In this document: piece by piece, positions 38,590 to 55,138 of the stretch
Numbering within the stretch: position 1 is the stretch's first letter
Layout: every line of letters starts with the position of its first letter
Assembly: GCA_025603075.1 (NCBI GenBank)
Contig: MU626274.1
Location: 118,943 to 182,942 of the forward strand
DNA from: Neoconidiobolus thromboides FSU 785
Taxonomy: Eukaryota; Fungi; Entomophthoromycota
Direction of reading: 5' to 3'
Length of the DNA: 64,000 bases
Notes under the pieces: generated by a model
Database searches by the model: none
Seen by the model: the letters and a program-made list of their open reading frames with translations, nothing else
Told to the model about the DNA's origin: nothing
Position numbers and translations under genes: made by a program

Positions 38590-39488
38590 CAATATTAGCT
38601 TTGGTCACAGTTTATATGAAATTTGAACAAAAAACTAATGCTACCAAAATAATCTCATGTAATAAGCAAAAAAGGAAAGTATTAAAAATTTGATTGTTCA
38701 AGTTTAAATCACCTTAGGTTGGGGTTAGAATAGTTATACTTACATATGCTTATTTTATTTAATTTCAAGGATTGTTTTATGAAAAAACCTTTTATCAGCC
38801 TGCTCAAATTTCTAGCACTTATAGGATTTTCAATATGGTTATAAATATAATATTTAAACTCAATAAGTGACTAATAAACCATTAAAAGTAAACAATGTGG
38901 CACTAAAAATAAAGGCTTGTCTTATAAAACATGATAAACTCAATGTTACTAATTTTAGTTTAAACTATTCAGGCACAGGATTGAAATTTCCTTATTACAC
39001 CTTTAAACAAAGCATAGTAGTATTGCTTAAAGTTCCATATAGGAACACCCTTTTTGTTTCATTGTTTGACCACTTCTATGCAATAAAAAGGTTGAACGAC
39101 TTATTGGTTAAATTCTTACACTACGACAAACTTTAGCTACATCATTGATATTCCTGCCTTTATTTAGAAAAAAATCCTAAAAGGCTTTTTTATCATTTCT
39201 TCTAAATAAAGGCAGCAACATTAATGATGTGGCTAAGGTTCATGGTAGTGTAAACAAGAAGGCACTCGTATATCAACCAATGAAATAAAATGGTTTGGTT
39301 ATCTGGATATAAAAGTTTACAAATCCATAAAAGTAGGTTTGAACTTTTTCTATATTTAATATCTAGAACATTTGACTAGGATAAAAATCAAGCTATTAAA
39401 CCTAGATAAATTAAAGAAACGGTATGTAGTGTATATATAACGATCAACATTATATACTATTTCATTTAATATTATTAGCTTTCACAAC

Positions 39489-40391
39489 ATGGAGGTTACT
39501 TTACTCAATTTTATACTGGTGTTAACCACACTGATAGCTCTTATAACCAACTCTCTTTTAATTGTATTTGCATCCAAGATTCCTAAAAAATCCAAAGATA
39601 TTCCTTTAATTATAATGATAGCTGCTATAGAATATTTTGGTCCATTACCATTAATAATCGATTTGATTTACTCAAAGTTTTATGACCATGGGCTTATTGA
39701 AACCAGAATTGGCTGTAACCTAAGTGGAACTATTACTTCCATTGTATTTTTCTTTGAAATTGCATTGAGCGCATTTTTAGCTATTGAAAGGCTGTCCTTA
39801 TTTGTGAAATTAAAGACCACCAAGATTTTATTCTCCTATTTAGCAATCTCCTGTTTAATATTTATTTCATTGTTAATTAGTAGCGCTAGTATCGATGGCT
39901 TTACACCTACTCTGTCAGAATTCACTTGTGTACTTAATATTGCAAACTCTATTTTATCAAGCTTTACCTATTTTTATCTTATGATTATTACTACGATCAA
40001 CCTAATCATTATAATAGGATGCTACTACCAGATAACAAGACAAGTAAACAATACAAAAGTTTTTATTAAACTAAATCACGCTGGAGAAGGATCATTAAAG
40101 CATCGAAGTGAAGTATTCCAAAATGCAGTAATTAAAATATTTACTTCATTATTCATTTATGGAATATGTATGGTTTGCTCCATTGTTGCCTTTTTTTTAG
40201 AAGGCATATTTCGTTACCCTAGTGCTATAGAGAATAAGAGTATTTCTAGCGTTTCGCATTATATTGCCTCATTAGCTTTTCTTATTGGGATTGTTATGAA
40301 CTCGATAGTTATTTTATTTACACACACAGGGATTGCTTCAGAAGCTAAAAAAACCTCAAAATCTTTTAAAAAATTATTTATTAGGAGTTAA
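39489..40391 (+). CDS. Class A-like 7TM receptor, paralog 2 (tandem duplicate)
   Basis: 300 aa, colinear with paralog 1 (GCNLSG, LAIERL, FTCVLN, GCYY, NSIVILFTHTG). Confidence 0.75.
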   Translation: MEVTLLNFILVLTTLIALITNSLLIVFASKIPKKSKDIPLIIMIAAIEYFGPLPLIIDLIYSKFYDHGLIETRIGCNLSGTITSIVFFFEIALSAFLAIERLSLFVKLKTTKILFSYLAISCLIFISLLISSASIDGFTPTLSEFTCVLNIANSILSSFTYFYLMIITTINLIIIIGCYYQITRQVNNTKVFIKLNHAGEGSLKHRSEVFQNAVIKIFTSLFIYGICMVCSIVAFFLEGIFRYPSAIENKSISSVSHYIASLAFLIGIVMNSIVILFTHTGIASEAKKTSKSFKKLFIRS

Positions 40392-40796
40392 CAATAATAA
40401 AATTTACATTTTTTTCGAAATTCTATTGCGGTTTAGCATAGCTAATATCATTTAAGTGTTACTATCTTTATAAGCGATCTTTATTTGGCGATCTTTATTA
40501 AATAATACTTTTTTTAAGAATTCAAGTATTTAGCTATAAATAAAAATTTCAAGACTCATAAATAATCTTACCTAAATAATATTATATAAACAAAATTTAA
40601 GATATTTTGCTATAAATAACAATATTCAAAACTCTTGTTTATCATACCTCTCTTCAGCTATTATTACATAATTACTTGGCTATTTTAGAATTTATTGCAA
40701 CTTTATTAGACTTATTCTCTTGTGATCGATTCAAAATAAAAAGCGAGATCGAGATTAGAAAAAGAACAATTTTTCATTTTTTAATTAAAAGATAAA

Positions 40797-42691
40797 ATGA
40801 GTGCTAGTGAAGAAATTGAAAATTTAAAAGTAATAATAATAGACTAAAATATTGAATAAAGCATTTGATATAAATAGTAGTTGTTATTAATATTAAAGTA
40901 TTTGGTTGATTTATTTGATTTCTTTAGATAATGTTTTGCCCACCATTAGAAATGGAGATGATTGAGAAAGTTTATAAAAACTGTAATAGTTTTGATGAAG
41001 CAGTTAATGAACTGTTGTGTATTAATTTTGATAACGGATTGGAAGTAGATAACGGTGAAGGGCATGAAGATGGAGAAAATAGAGAAGGTAATCTTGGAAG
41101 TTTTTGTTACTTTTATTAAGCTGACAGTATAAAAGATGAAACGCAGAAAACTGAAAGTAAAGACTCAGGAATAAATTTTTTAAAGACATGTTTCCCGAAC
41201 GAAAAAGAGGAAACCTTATCAAAAATCCTTAAAGAAAATAACTTGGACACGGATTTGGCAATTGAAAGTTATCTAAGCTATAGCTATATACAACAGAATG
41301 TGGGATTATCAGAGGATTTGTCCATCAAAATTGCAACTAAAGATGATAAGTTAAAGCAAGTTAGTGATGGAGTAACATATCAATTTATAAATAATGACGA
41401 TGGGGATAATAAATATACTAACAAGAATAATAAAAAGAATAAGAAAAGCAAGAAAAAAAATTTTATGAAAGAAAGGGAAGAAATAAACATCAATAATTTT
41501 GAAATATGGAATTATAACGAATGGAAAGAATTAAACTACAAAATTGAGGTTATCAAAGATGTTTACAGGGAAATTAATTTATTTAAGATATGCGAAATTA
41601 TTTATTATAACCAAGGCAAATTAAGCGTCATTATGGAGTTGTTAAATCAAAAAAATAAAATCCATGAGGATAGTAACAGTACTAAATTAATGGAATTTAA
41701 TGAACAGCAAATTAACAAATTAAAATTAAGGTTTCCATTTTACTTAGAAATATTATTAATATTTTATTATGTAAAATACCGTAAACATGATCTCATTGTT
41801 GACAATATTATGTTTTTAGATTTAGACTCAAATAATAACTTGAATTCTGCAGCCATAGGTGATGAACCATTGATTGAAGATGATATAGTAAAAAAGAAAA
41901 AGGAAAGGTTTAAAAATGGGTTACTAATCAAACTAGGGAACAAAAGTGTAAAAGAAAGTAACAATAAAAATGTGGTATATAATAAAAAACAAGTAAAAAC
42001 ATTTGAGAAGGAATATAATTATATTGAAAGGAATGAGTTGTTAGTTAATATAAAATTAAGTTCAGTTCATAATTTGATGGAATTAAAAGAAGTGGTTGAC
42101 AAACTAAACAATGAAAGAAGAAGTAATTTAGTAAAGGCACAAAGTGCCTATAAAGAAAGAAACAAAGTAGGAAAAAATGGGATTGCTTACTACTATTCAA
42201 ATCAGGTAATGCTATATCACAATTATTTATTTGTTTATACATGATTTTAAGGCTCGTGATTATGACAAATTGATCCCTTCGCTATGTTATAATTGCGCAA
42301 GAAATATAATTAAGGGTAGCAAGTAAGTCTATAGTTATACTGCTATTGTTATAAAGTAATAAATAACTTTAGTTATAAATTAGATCTTCACGGTTTTACA
42401 ATCAATCAAACTACACCTATTATCCATGGTGCATTAGATGAGTGGTATGAGCTAGAGTCGAGCTTAATCAGACGTAAGAAATAGTTTTTAGTAGCAAAAA
42501 TTTTATAATATTAACTTATAATTATAGACAATACTACTACTAAAGTTCAGCCATTACAGTTCATCACTGGTATTGGAATTCATTCTAAAGATGGCAAATC
42601 TAAGATCAAACCACATTTAATTAAATTGTTATCTGAAAGAGAATGGAGATACCAAATTCAATTTGGTTTGATTTTAGTTTATGGTCCTTAA
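40797..42691 (+). CDS. CUE2: Cue2-like protein with two CUE-like domains and a C-terminal Smr endonuclease domain, multi-exon
   Basis: MFCPPLEMEMIEKVY..FDEAVNELL and FLKTCFPNEKEETLSKIL..DLAIESYL (CUE-like); LDLHGF...ITGIGIHSKDGKSKIKP (Smr). Confidence 0.75.
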
Positions 42692-42758
42692 ATAAACAAT
42701 TATATTATTATTACAACTAATTTTATTAATAAATCTAACATAATAAACAAAAAGTAGC

Positions 42759-44059
42759 TTATAAGCTATCGTATTTTTTTCTTTTGAATATAGTTTCAGT
42801 ATTCTCAGTAATGTTAGGAGTATATCTTTTAACCCATGGATGTTTTAAAACTTGATCAACAGTCATTCTTTTACTAGGATCAATAACTAAAAGCTGGAAA
42901 TAAATTAATAAACTAGAAAGATTTATACAATATGATTTACCTTTCTTATCAGATCTTTTGCTTCCTTTGATACATATTCTGGAATTGTATAATTACATGC
43001 TATAATGTCCCTATGTGTCTGTCTTGTATATTCATCCACATTTAACAAATCATTTTCAAAAGGTGGCTTTCCAACTATTAACTCATAAACTATTACGCCC
43101 AAAGACCACATATCGGTTGAAAATGAATAAGGTATGTTTAGAATAATTTCGGGTGATAAATAATCCAAAGTTCCACAAAAGGTTGTTTGTAATCTATTTA
43201 AACATTAGCTCAACTTACTATAATGTATATAAATTACTCTTTATTTTTAATTTTAGTAGCATCTCCAAAATCACATAACATTAATTTATAGTTTTTAACC
43301 ATTATGTTTTCAGGTTTAAGATCTCGATGTATAATATTATGTCTATGAAGGTATTGTAACCCAGTGGCAATTTGATATATAAAATCGGCTGAAAATATTT
43401 CATCTATCCCATTGCTATTTCTACTAATAACACTAAATAAATCCCCCTCTGGAATATAATCCATCATCAAGTAAATTATTTCTTCATCATAAAAATAGCC
43501 ATATGTCTGTAAAATATGATGATGATTTAGCTCACTATTTATTGAAAGTTCTCTTTGTACTCTTTTCTCTCTTTCTTTATCAATTTCAGCTTTTCTAAAA
43601 CATTTCAAAGCAAGTATATATCTGTCTTCTCTATGTCTTGCTAAATAAATTTCTCCAAATCTACCTTTACCAATAGGCTCCTTTTGGATATCAAAATCTT
43701 CAATCTTCAAACTATAAAAATTTTAGCTATTACACTAATAATCGCAAAATAATTTACTTTGCTAAATATAACTTTTGCATCATATTTTCATATTCTGAAT
43801 CATATATATAATAAGAATTATCTTCAGTTTGAGTTTCATACCCATTTTTGTTATTATTTATTGTATTTAGTTCAATATTGGTTTCATACTTTCTTTTTCC
43901 TTTTACTGTATTGAATTTTTGAGTTTTAGTTAATAGACCACTTGCTGCAAGTGAATTGGTTTCAATTTTAGAATTATATTTTGCTGATAATATATTACTA
44001 GCTTCATCTGGCCTTATTTCTTGAGTGATACCTTGGCCTGTAAGTTGAATATATGTCAT
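42759..44059 (-). CDS. Aurora-like Ser/Thr kinase (divergent), multi-exon
   Basis: IEDFDI...IGKGRFGEIYLAR, ILALK, YGYFYD, HRDLKPEN, DFG, TFCGTLDYLSPE. Confidence 0.8.
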
Positions 44060-45139
44060 TTTGGTATTTAATAGTTTACAATACTCAAAAAAATACCTTA
44101 AAAGACAAAAGTAAAGCTATTTATAGCTGGCTTCAATAAAATATAGACAATTGATTTGCTAACTGAGGTTGAATAATAAATGATAAATTTAGTAAATTGT
44201 TCTTGTTTATTATTTCATGAGCAAAAAAACCAGGGTGTTATTTTGTCGAATGTTTATCATAAGATTTTAAGAAATTAACATTGATACTAAATTAATCAAA
44301 AAGGTGTTAAATTTTTTAGGTAAAAATAATGGAATGATCACATCTTCTCACGTTTATTTTGTCAAAGAAACAAGGTAACAAAGAAACCTTAGCTAAGAGA
44401 ATAAAAAAGATATTTACATGATTGAATAATAATAAAGCAAATGACTTTAGGTACCACATAAATATACTTGATAATCAACCAAAAACATGATCAAATAAGT
44501 AAAAATCAAAAACAGTGATTAGTTTTTAAAGCTGTTATCTATATTAATAGTAATATAAATTTGTTTATTGTAGTTAGCTATTGCTTTTAATAGTTTTCTA
44601 GATCCTTCTTGTTATTACTTTGTTTAAACTAATACTGGCTTTTAAATGCTTGTGTAGAGGTATATTATCTTTATAAACCCTCTTTATATCAATATAAGGT
44701 ATCAATAAATATAGAACTTTCCAAGATTGTTAGCGTGATTTAGGAAATCGAGTTTGATGTGATACTCATCTATTATTCTAAGTTGCTACCTTAGCTTATT
44801 TATCATATTTAGTAGATAAACTAATTTTTATCATAATTATTATTTTAATTATCAATTTAGTATTATAATAAACTTTTGTCATTTTTAAAGCCTGAAAAAA
44901 GTATATGTTCATATTAACTTGCTAGAAATTAATATCTAATTCTACTAAAGAAATTTAGAATTATTTTAAAAAGGATTTGTACTTTTCAAGATAATATGTA
45001 TTTTAACTAATTTGCGCTTAAATTAAATACCTCAAAGAACACACCAAGTTGATGAAATGATAGTAGTTTAGTATACAACTCAAATGATATTTAAAATATA
45101 GGTTTTTTAACCATAAAGAAAGATCCAAGCTTTTTTAAA

Positions 45140-45238
45140 ATGTGAGGTTATATTTTTGTATTTAGAATTTTACTAACAATTTTTCTACTCAAATGATGCT
45201 TGAAAAGGAAAAAATGAAGCTAAAAAAATACACCTATG
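45140..45238 (+). mobile_element. MITE-like repeat, copy 9
   Basis: GAATTTTACTAACAATTTTTCTACTCAAATGATGCTTGAAAAGGAAAA. Confidence 0.7.
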
Positions 45239-45280
45239 TAAAAATTCATTCTATAAAATATTAATTACTTTAAAAATAAC

Positions 45281-45386
45281 ATTTGGGAGTGTTTTTTTTG
45301 ACTTCATTACTTCCTTCATTTTTTAAGCACTATTTAAGCGGAAAATTTGTTAGTAAAATTCTTAAACACAAAAATACATCTCCATT
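45281..45386 (-). mobile_element. MITE-like repeat, copy 10
   Basis: TTTGGGAGTGTTTTTTTTGACTTCATTAC...GTTAGTAAAATTCTTAAACACAAAAATACATCTCCAT. Confidence 0.8.
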
Positions 45387-46015
45387 TACAATTTCACAAT
45401 ATAAAAAATGGAATTTTTACTCAGCTTATAAATTAAAATAGTTATCTGGTAGTAGTTAATTATTTTAATATAATTTTTATTATTAAAAAAAGGATTAATC
45501 TACTAAATTTAAAAATAGACAATGACTTTACTCCTCATCTGAAAATGGATAATCTTTAATTTGTCACAATAACAAAGAAAATAGAATACATGGAGTAATC
45601 ATAAATAAAAGAATGGGAGTAGCCAATAGAATACATCTTATATATTTGTTTGGAGTCCGATTATTATACTAAACACTTTAAACTTGTATACAATAATATC
45701 ATATAATTAAAAATAAAGTCATAAAGGCTGCTTTATAATATTCTTTATTGATTTTATCTCTATCTGAGGTTTTTATGACAATATAAGGGAGAATAATTGA
45801 AATAAATGTAATAATTAAAAGATAGTAGTTAAACATTTAAAAAAAGTAAAGATAATTAAAAAATTGGTTTATCTTATATTGTTTAAATATCTATCTTAAT
45901 TGACAATAAAAATAATTAAGATATTAATAATCTAGCTTCTTATAATTACATATATTTTTATTGTTTTAACTACATTTAAATACTGATTTTTAAATTTGTA
46001 ATATCAATTACCAAG

Positions 46016-46113
46016 ATTTGCGGATGTTTTTTTTGATTTCATCACTTTTTCTATTTTTTAAATACTGTTTGAATAGACTAATTATAAAATTAAATAAAAA
46101 TACATCCTAATAT
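46016..46113 (-). mobile_element. MITE-like repeat, copy 11 (diverged)
   Basis: GGATGTTTTTTTTGATTTCATCACTTTTTC...AAAAATACATCC. Confidence 0.6.
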
Positions 46114-46156
46114 ATTATTTAAACATAATTAGTTTAATTCAACTATTAGTTTATAG

Positions 46157-46204
46157 TTATAAAATTATAAAATTATAAAATTATAAAATTATAAAATTAT
46201 AAAA
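46157..46204. repeat. (TTATAAAA)6 tandem repeat
   Basis: Six consecutive octamer units. Confidence 0.85.
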
Positions 46205-46765
46205 AAGTAGCATAATATTCAAGCAAAGCAGATTAATTAAGAAAATATTATATAATGTATTTTTAATTATTTATATTAGTTTCTTATCTGCTTCAATATC
46301 CCCCCTATTAAGTTTATGATTATTAAGAAAACTATAAAGTTAAGTAAATAATACTAGGGGTATGGGATAATCTTACACAATCTTTGATATCCCACTATTT
46401 TTTATAATTACTACTTCGGAGTAACCTTAATATTGAACATTAAGAAATAAATAATCTAGGTTAGTCCGCTACTTCTCTAATATTAGCTTACCAAATAAGG
46501 TAAACTATCTAATAATTGGAAAATCCAATGAATTGAAGAATAACTATATATTAACTATTTATAATTTCAATAGAAGAATTGGTGAAAAGATACTAAAAAT
46601 AGTAATCCTTAAGGGTTATTAATAAATGATGATTTATTTTTAATTCATTAAATGTTAATAACAATAAGTTAACAAAATAAACTCAATTTTATTTCTTATT
46701 TTTTTGTTTTTTTTATTTACTTTTTAACATTTCAATAGTTTAAGTTCTAATTAATTGAGATTAAC

Positions 46766-47803
46766 ATGAATTTCTTGTTGTTTATTTATTTTTATTGTTC
46801 AACAATTCATTCTTTTTTGATATGGCCTTTTTATAATAATAATAATATTACATTGAATAACAATACTTTATCAAATAATACAACTATAGAAGGAACTATA
46901 GAAGGAACTAAAGAAAGTAGTAGTTTTTGGGATTATTTTAATAAAAAAAAGTCCAATCGTCAACTAAAACTTGCACCTTTTAGTGTAATTGAAGAAGCCA
47001 AATACTATGCCCATTATGCTGGGGCAGCTTATTGTAAAGATATTTCTACTATTAAACAATGGAATTGTGACTTACACTGTAAGTTAAATCCAAATCAAAC
47101 AGTTCAAATTATTGATTTATTTGAAAACAAAAGTATAAAAACAAGAAGTTTTATAGCCCTTAATGAAATAGAAAAAAAAATTATAATTTCTTTTCGCGGT
47201 AGCAATCAATTCCATAACTTTATCTCAGACTTTAAACTTTTCAAATTGAATTATCAGTTAGTTGAAGCGTATAATGGAACTAAAAGTGATAATAAAAATA
47301 ATATTAGAATTCATAGGGGCTTTTTTCAGTGTAGTGAGTCATTGAAAAAGAATATCACATTAAGTTTAAAAAAGTTATATTCAAAAGATAGCAAGTACAA
47401 AGATTATCATATTATTCTAACTGGTCATAGTTTGGGGGGTTCGATGGCGGTATTAGCAGCTTTATATTTAAAGCAAGAATTTGATTTAAATAGTAATGAC
47501 TTATCAGTTTATACCTATGGTCAACCAAGAATAGGGAATAGTAATTTTGTGAATTTGATTCAACAAAATCAGTTAAAAATTATTCGTGTTACTAATAGAA
47601 ATGATCCTATTCCTCATTCTCCTCCTGCTATTTTAGGTTTCCATCACCATGGTAATGAGTTATATATTTCAGATCCTAAAACTACTATTTTATGTAATGA
47701 TGACTTAAAAGAAGATCCAATGTGTTCAGCTTCAAGGTCTTATTTATTAAATTTAAATATGCATCTTAAAGTGTGGAATATACCTATGGGCACCTATTGC
47801 TAA
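46766..47803 (+). CDS. Secreted class 3 lipase
   Basis: Signal peptide, YAGAAYC, IIISFRGS, IHRGF, LTGHSLGGSMA nucleophile elbow, YTYGQPRIGN, RVTNRNDPIPHSPP, catalytic His near the C-terminus. Confidence 0.95.
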   Translation: MNFLLFIYFYCSTIHSFLIWPFYNNNNITLNNNTLSNNTTIEGTIEGTKESSSFWDYFNKKKSNRQLKLAPFSVIEEAKYYAHYAGAAYCKDISTIKQWNCDLHCKLNPNQTVQIIDLFENKSIKTRSFIALNEIEKKIIISFRGSNQFHNFISDFKLFKLNYQLVEAYNGTKSDNKNNIRIHRGFFQCSESLKKNITLSLKKLYSKDSKYKDYHIILTGHSLGGSMAVLAALYLKQEFDLNSNDLSVYTYGQPRIGNSNFVNLIQQNQLKIIRVTNRNDPIPHSPPAILGFHHHGNELYISDPKTTILCNDDLKEDPMCSASRSYLLNLNMHLKVWNIPMGTYC

Positions 47804-47884
47804 TAGTAAATTATTAAAAAAATAAAACGTTTCTATTTTAATAATATTTTTTTATTCTATAAATCAAAAGACAAAGGGTTAAAT

Positions 47885-48698
47885 TTATAAAAGATCATAA
47901 TCATCCAACTAAGAAATAGATTAAATTAGTAAAAATTATTATATTATTATTTAAATTCTCTTTTACCTTATCATTATATTTCATAATCTTTCTCTTAATC
48001 TTAGAAGTATCTACCCATGTAACAAAATCTTCCATTGAGCTATAAAATGTTTAATTGATTACTATAAAAATACTAGTCAAGTTTACCGTGTAACTAAATA
48101 AGCTGGATCAGTAATACAATCTGGTCCAACGCGAACATCTAAATTCAAATTTAAGCATTTTATTGAAATTTATTAATAGATAAATTCTTTACGGCCTTGT
48201 TCAATAAATCTAGTGGCTTCTTTGACAGTTTCGCTCATCTTTAATCGACACATAATAACTGGTAATCTTCTCCTATTATTATAATAACATTTAACATACT
48301 ATTATAATTTTCAATAAATTTTTTGTTTTACCTGCAAAATGCAGAAACAGTAATTTTATCTAATACTGATATGGAAGATTTACTTGTAATAAGGGCCATA
48401 TTATAACATTTTTCTAATAAAGCTTGCTCTTTCTCACGACGATATTCATCTTTATCACTTAACAAACTTAACTTGTTAATTACCATTTGTATATGGCCAC
48501 AGATTTTATTATATCTATATGAATTAGATTATAAATTAATGGTTTATTAGCTTGTAATTACTTGGTATAATCTTCTCGGTTTTGAACATGATATCTTCTC
48601 AAAACTTCAATTTCTCGAATATTATTTGTACTCTTCCAATTTAAAAAATCAACCTTCTTTAATAACTTCTTTTCGTGATGCTTTAACTGACGGACCAT
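47885..48698 (-). CDS. IMP3: U3 snoRNP protein Imp3 (S4 domain), multi-exon
   Basis: [69 protein letters not shown]. Confidence 0.95.
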
Positions 48699-48898
48699 TT
48701 TGGTTTAACTCTTTATTTCTTTAATTGATAATGGTGGTATTATTATTAAAAAAACAAGTTTCGAAAATTGATGAAAATTTTGCTTTGGATTCGAATTTTA
48801 GGTTTGCAAAAATTGCCTAAATCAAATTAACTATCAGTTTCTTATTACTTACTAATTGATGACATTTTTTAGACTTGTAAAAAAAATTAGAAAAAAAA

Positions 48899-51573
<2,675 letters not shown>

Positions 51574-51677
51574 AATCACATAATATATCATACAATGTAT
51601 TTGATATAATATAGTATGATGTAATATATATAATATACCTGATCTCTAGAATATAATATATCTAATTAATTTTATTA

Positions 51678-53359
<1,682 letters not shown>

Positions 53360-53685
53360 TTATTTGACCTCAGAGTTTTAAAGAATTTGTTCACGGTTTA
53401 AGGTGTCTGTATTTTTTAACTTATTCTAGTTTCGAAGCAAAAAATTTTTTTGGGTTGGTAGTGAAATTTAAGGTATACTATTGGTTAAACATTTTTTAAT
53501 TTAATTTTCATAGTAACTTGGTTAAATTTTGACAAATTTTAGTAGTTACGTTTAACCGCTTTCAATTAATTTATTACACTAACATTTAAAACTTGCTATT
53601 CTGCATTTATTGAAAAAAGCCATAAATGAAACATGTTATCTTTTATATGCTATTTTTTATAGAAATCAGTTACTTAAACTACATA

Positions 53686-53793
53686 CATATGGGGATGTAT
53701 TTTTGTGTTTAAGGATTTTACTAACAATTTTTCCGCTTTAAATAGTGCTTAAAATGGAAAAAATAATGAAGTCAAAAAAAACACTCCCATATG
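53686..53793 (+). mobile_element. MITE-like repeat, copy 12
   Basis: CATATGGGGATGT...ACACTCCCATATG. Confidence 0.85.
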
Positions 53794-53894
53794 GCGATGT
53801 ATTTCTGTATTTAAGGATTTTACTAGCAATTTTTCATTCAAATAGCGCTTAAAAGATGGAAAAAGTAATGAAGTCGAAAAAAACATCCCCATAT
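53788..53894 (+). mobile_element. MITE-like repeat, copy 13 (head-to-tail with copy 12)
   Basis: CATATGGCGATGT...ACATCCCCATAT; shares CATATG with copy 12. Confidence 0.85.
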
Positions 53895-54008
53895 TATTAT
53901 GTGTTTTAAAATAAAGCATCATAATGTTCTTTTTGTTTTAATGTTTTGTAAATATTTTTGCAATTTTATGGTACATTAAAAGTGAACAAAATAATAAACA
54001 AAGACATC

Positions 54009-54116
54009 CATATGGAGGTGTGCTTTGTGTTCAAGAATTTTGCTAAGAATTTCTCCACTCAACTAGCACTTAAAAATGGAAAAAGCTATATAAGTTAAAA
54101 AAAATATCCCCATATG
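54009..54116 (+). mobile_element. MITE-like repeat, copy 14
   Basis: CATATGGAGGTG...CTCCACTCAACTAGCACTTAAAAATGGAAAA...ATATCCCCATATG. Confidence 0.8.
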
Positions 54117-54232
54117 TTCTTCCTTTTAATGTCTTATAATAACATCAAATATATACCTAAATAAAGTTTGAAAGAATTTTAAGTATGAAAAAGTGAAAAT
54201 AATTAAATTCAACTATGAAATACTTTTTATAA

Positions 54233-55138
54233 TTATAAACACATAGAAAATAACCTTTTAACCTTCTTTAAAAACTTCTCAGCTTCTATCGAAATTCCAG
54301 TATGTGTAAATAAGATAACAATTGAAGTTGTAATAACACCAACAAGAAAGCAAATAGCAGTAATAAAATGGAACACAGTAAGCAAACCCTTATGCTGTAA
54401 ATTACCAGAGTAATGAAACACCCCTTCTAATAAGAAAGAAAGGATTGAGAAAGCCATACTTATCCCATAAATAGATAATATAATGAATATCTTGCAAACT
54501 GCATTTTCGAAAGCTCTTGATTGAAATTTCAAAGTCTCATTGTTTGTATCATTTAAATTGAGGAAATTTTGGGTGTTGTTGACTTTTCTCGTTATTTGAT
54601 AATAACAACTTATCACAAGAGTTAGATTAATACTACCAATAATCAGAGAATAAAAAAAAGTAAAGCTGGCTAAAACAGAGTTTGTGACATTAAATATACA
54701 AGTAAACCTATCTTCAGTTAATTCGAAGTTATTGGTAGCTGAATTAGAAATGAGTAATGTAATTAACATTAAGGAACTAATAGTTAAATAAAGCCGTAAA
54801 CCATTAATAATTTTTGAAGCTACAAAAAAAGACAACCTTTCGACTGCTAATAAAGCACTTAACGCCATCTCAATAAAAATGGTAAATAAGTAAAGAAAAC
54901 CAGATGTATTACATCCTGCATCCATTTCAATAAACCTATGACCGGTACTCCTTTTATAAATCGCTTCAATAATAATCAATATTGGGCCAAGATACTCTAC
55001 TGAAGCTATCATAATAATCAAAATAATATCTTTACTCTTTTTTGGAACTTTAGATGCAAAAAATATTAAAAAGAAATTAGCTATAAAGGCTATACTTGTA
55101 ACTAAAACTAATGAAGCGTGAGCTGCAGGGTAATTCAT
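54233..55138 (-). CDS. Class A-like 7TM receptor, paralog 3
   Basis: 301 aa; ASKVPKKSKDI, ASVEYLGP, GCNTSG, LAVERL, FTCIFN, SCYYQI and ILFTHTG shared with paralogs 1 and 2. Confidence 0.75.
   Translation of the reverse strand: MNYPAAHASLVLVTSIAFIANFFLIFFASKVPKKSKDIILIIMIASVEYLGPILIIIEAIYKRSTGHRFIEMDAGCNTSGFLYLFTIFIEMALSALLAVERLSFFVASKIINGLRLYLTISSLMLITLLISNSATNNFELTEDRFTCIFNVTNSVLASFTFFYSLIIGSINLTLVISCYYQITRKVNNTQNFLNLNDTNNETLKFQSRAFENAVCKIFIILSIYGISMAFSILSFLLEGVFHYSGNLQHKGLLTVFHFITAICFLVGVITTSIVILFTHTGISIEAEKFLKKVKRLFSMCL

Noticed and set aside
48772-48781. RRPE-like TGAAAATTTT between divergent IMP3 and GEM1 (also 15386 upstream of NOP7)
   Set aside because: Plausible for ribosome-biogenesis genes, but expected by chance at this AT content; not supportable alone.
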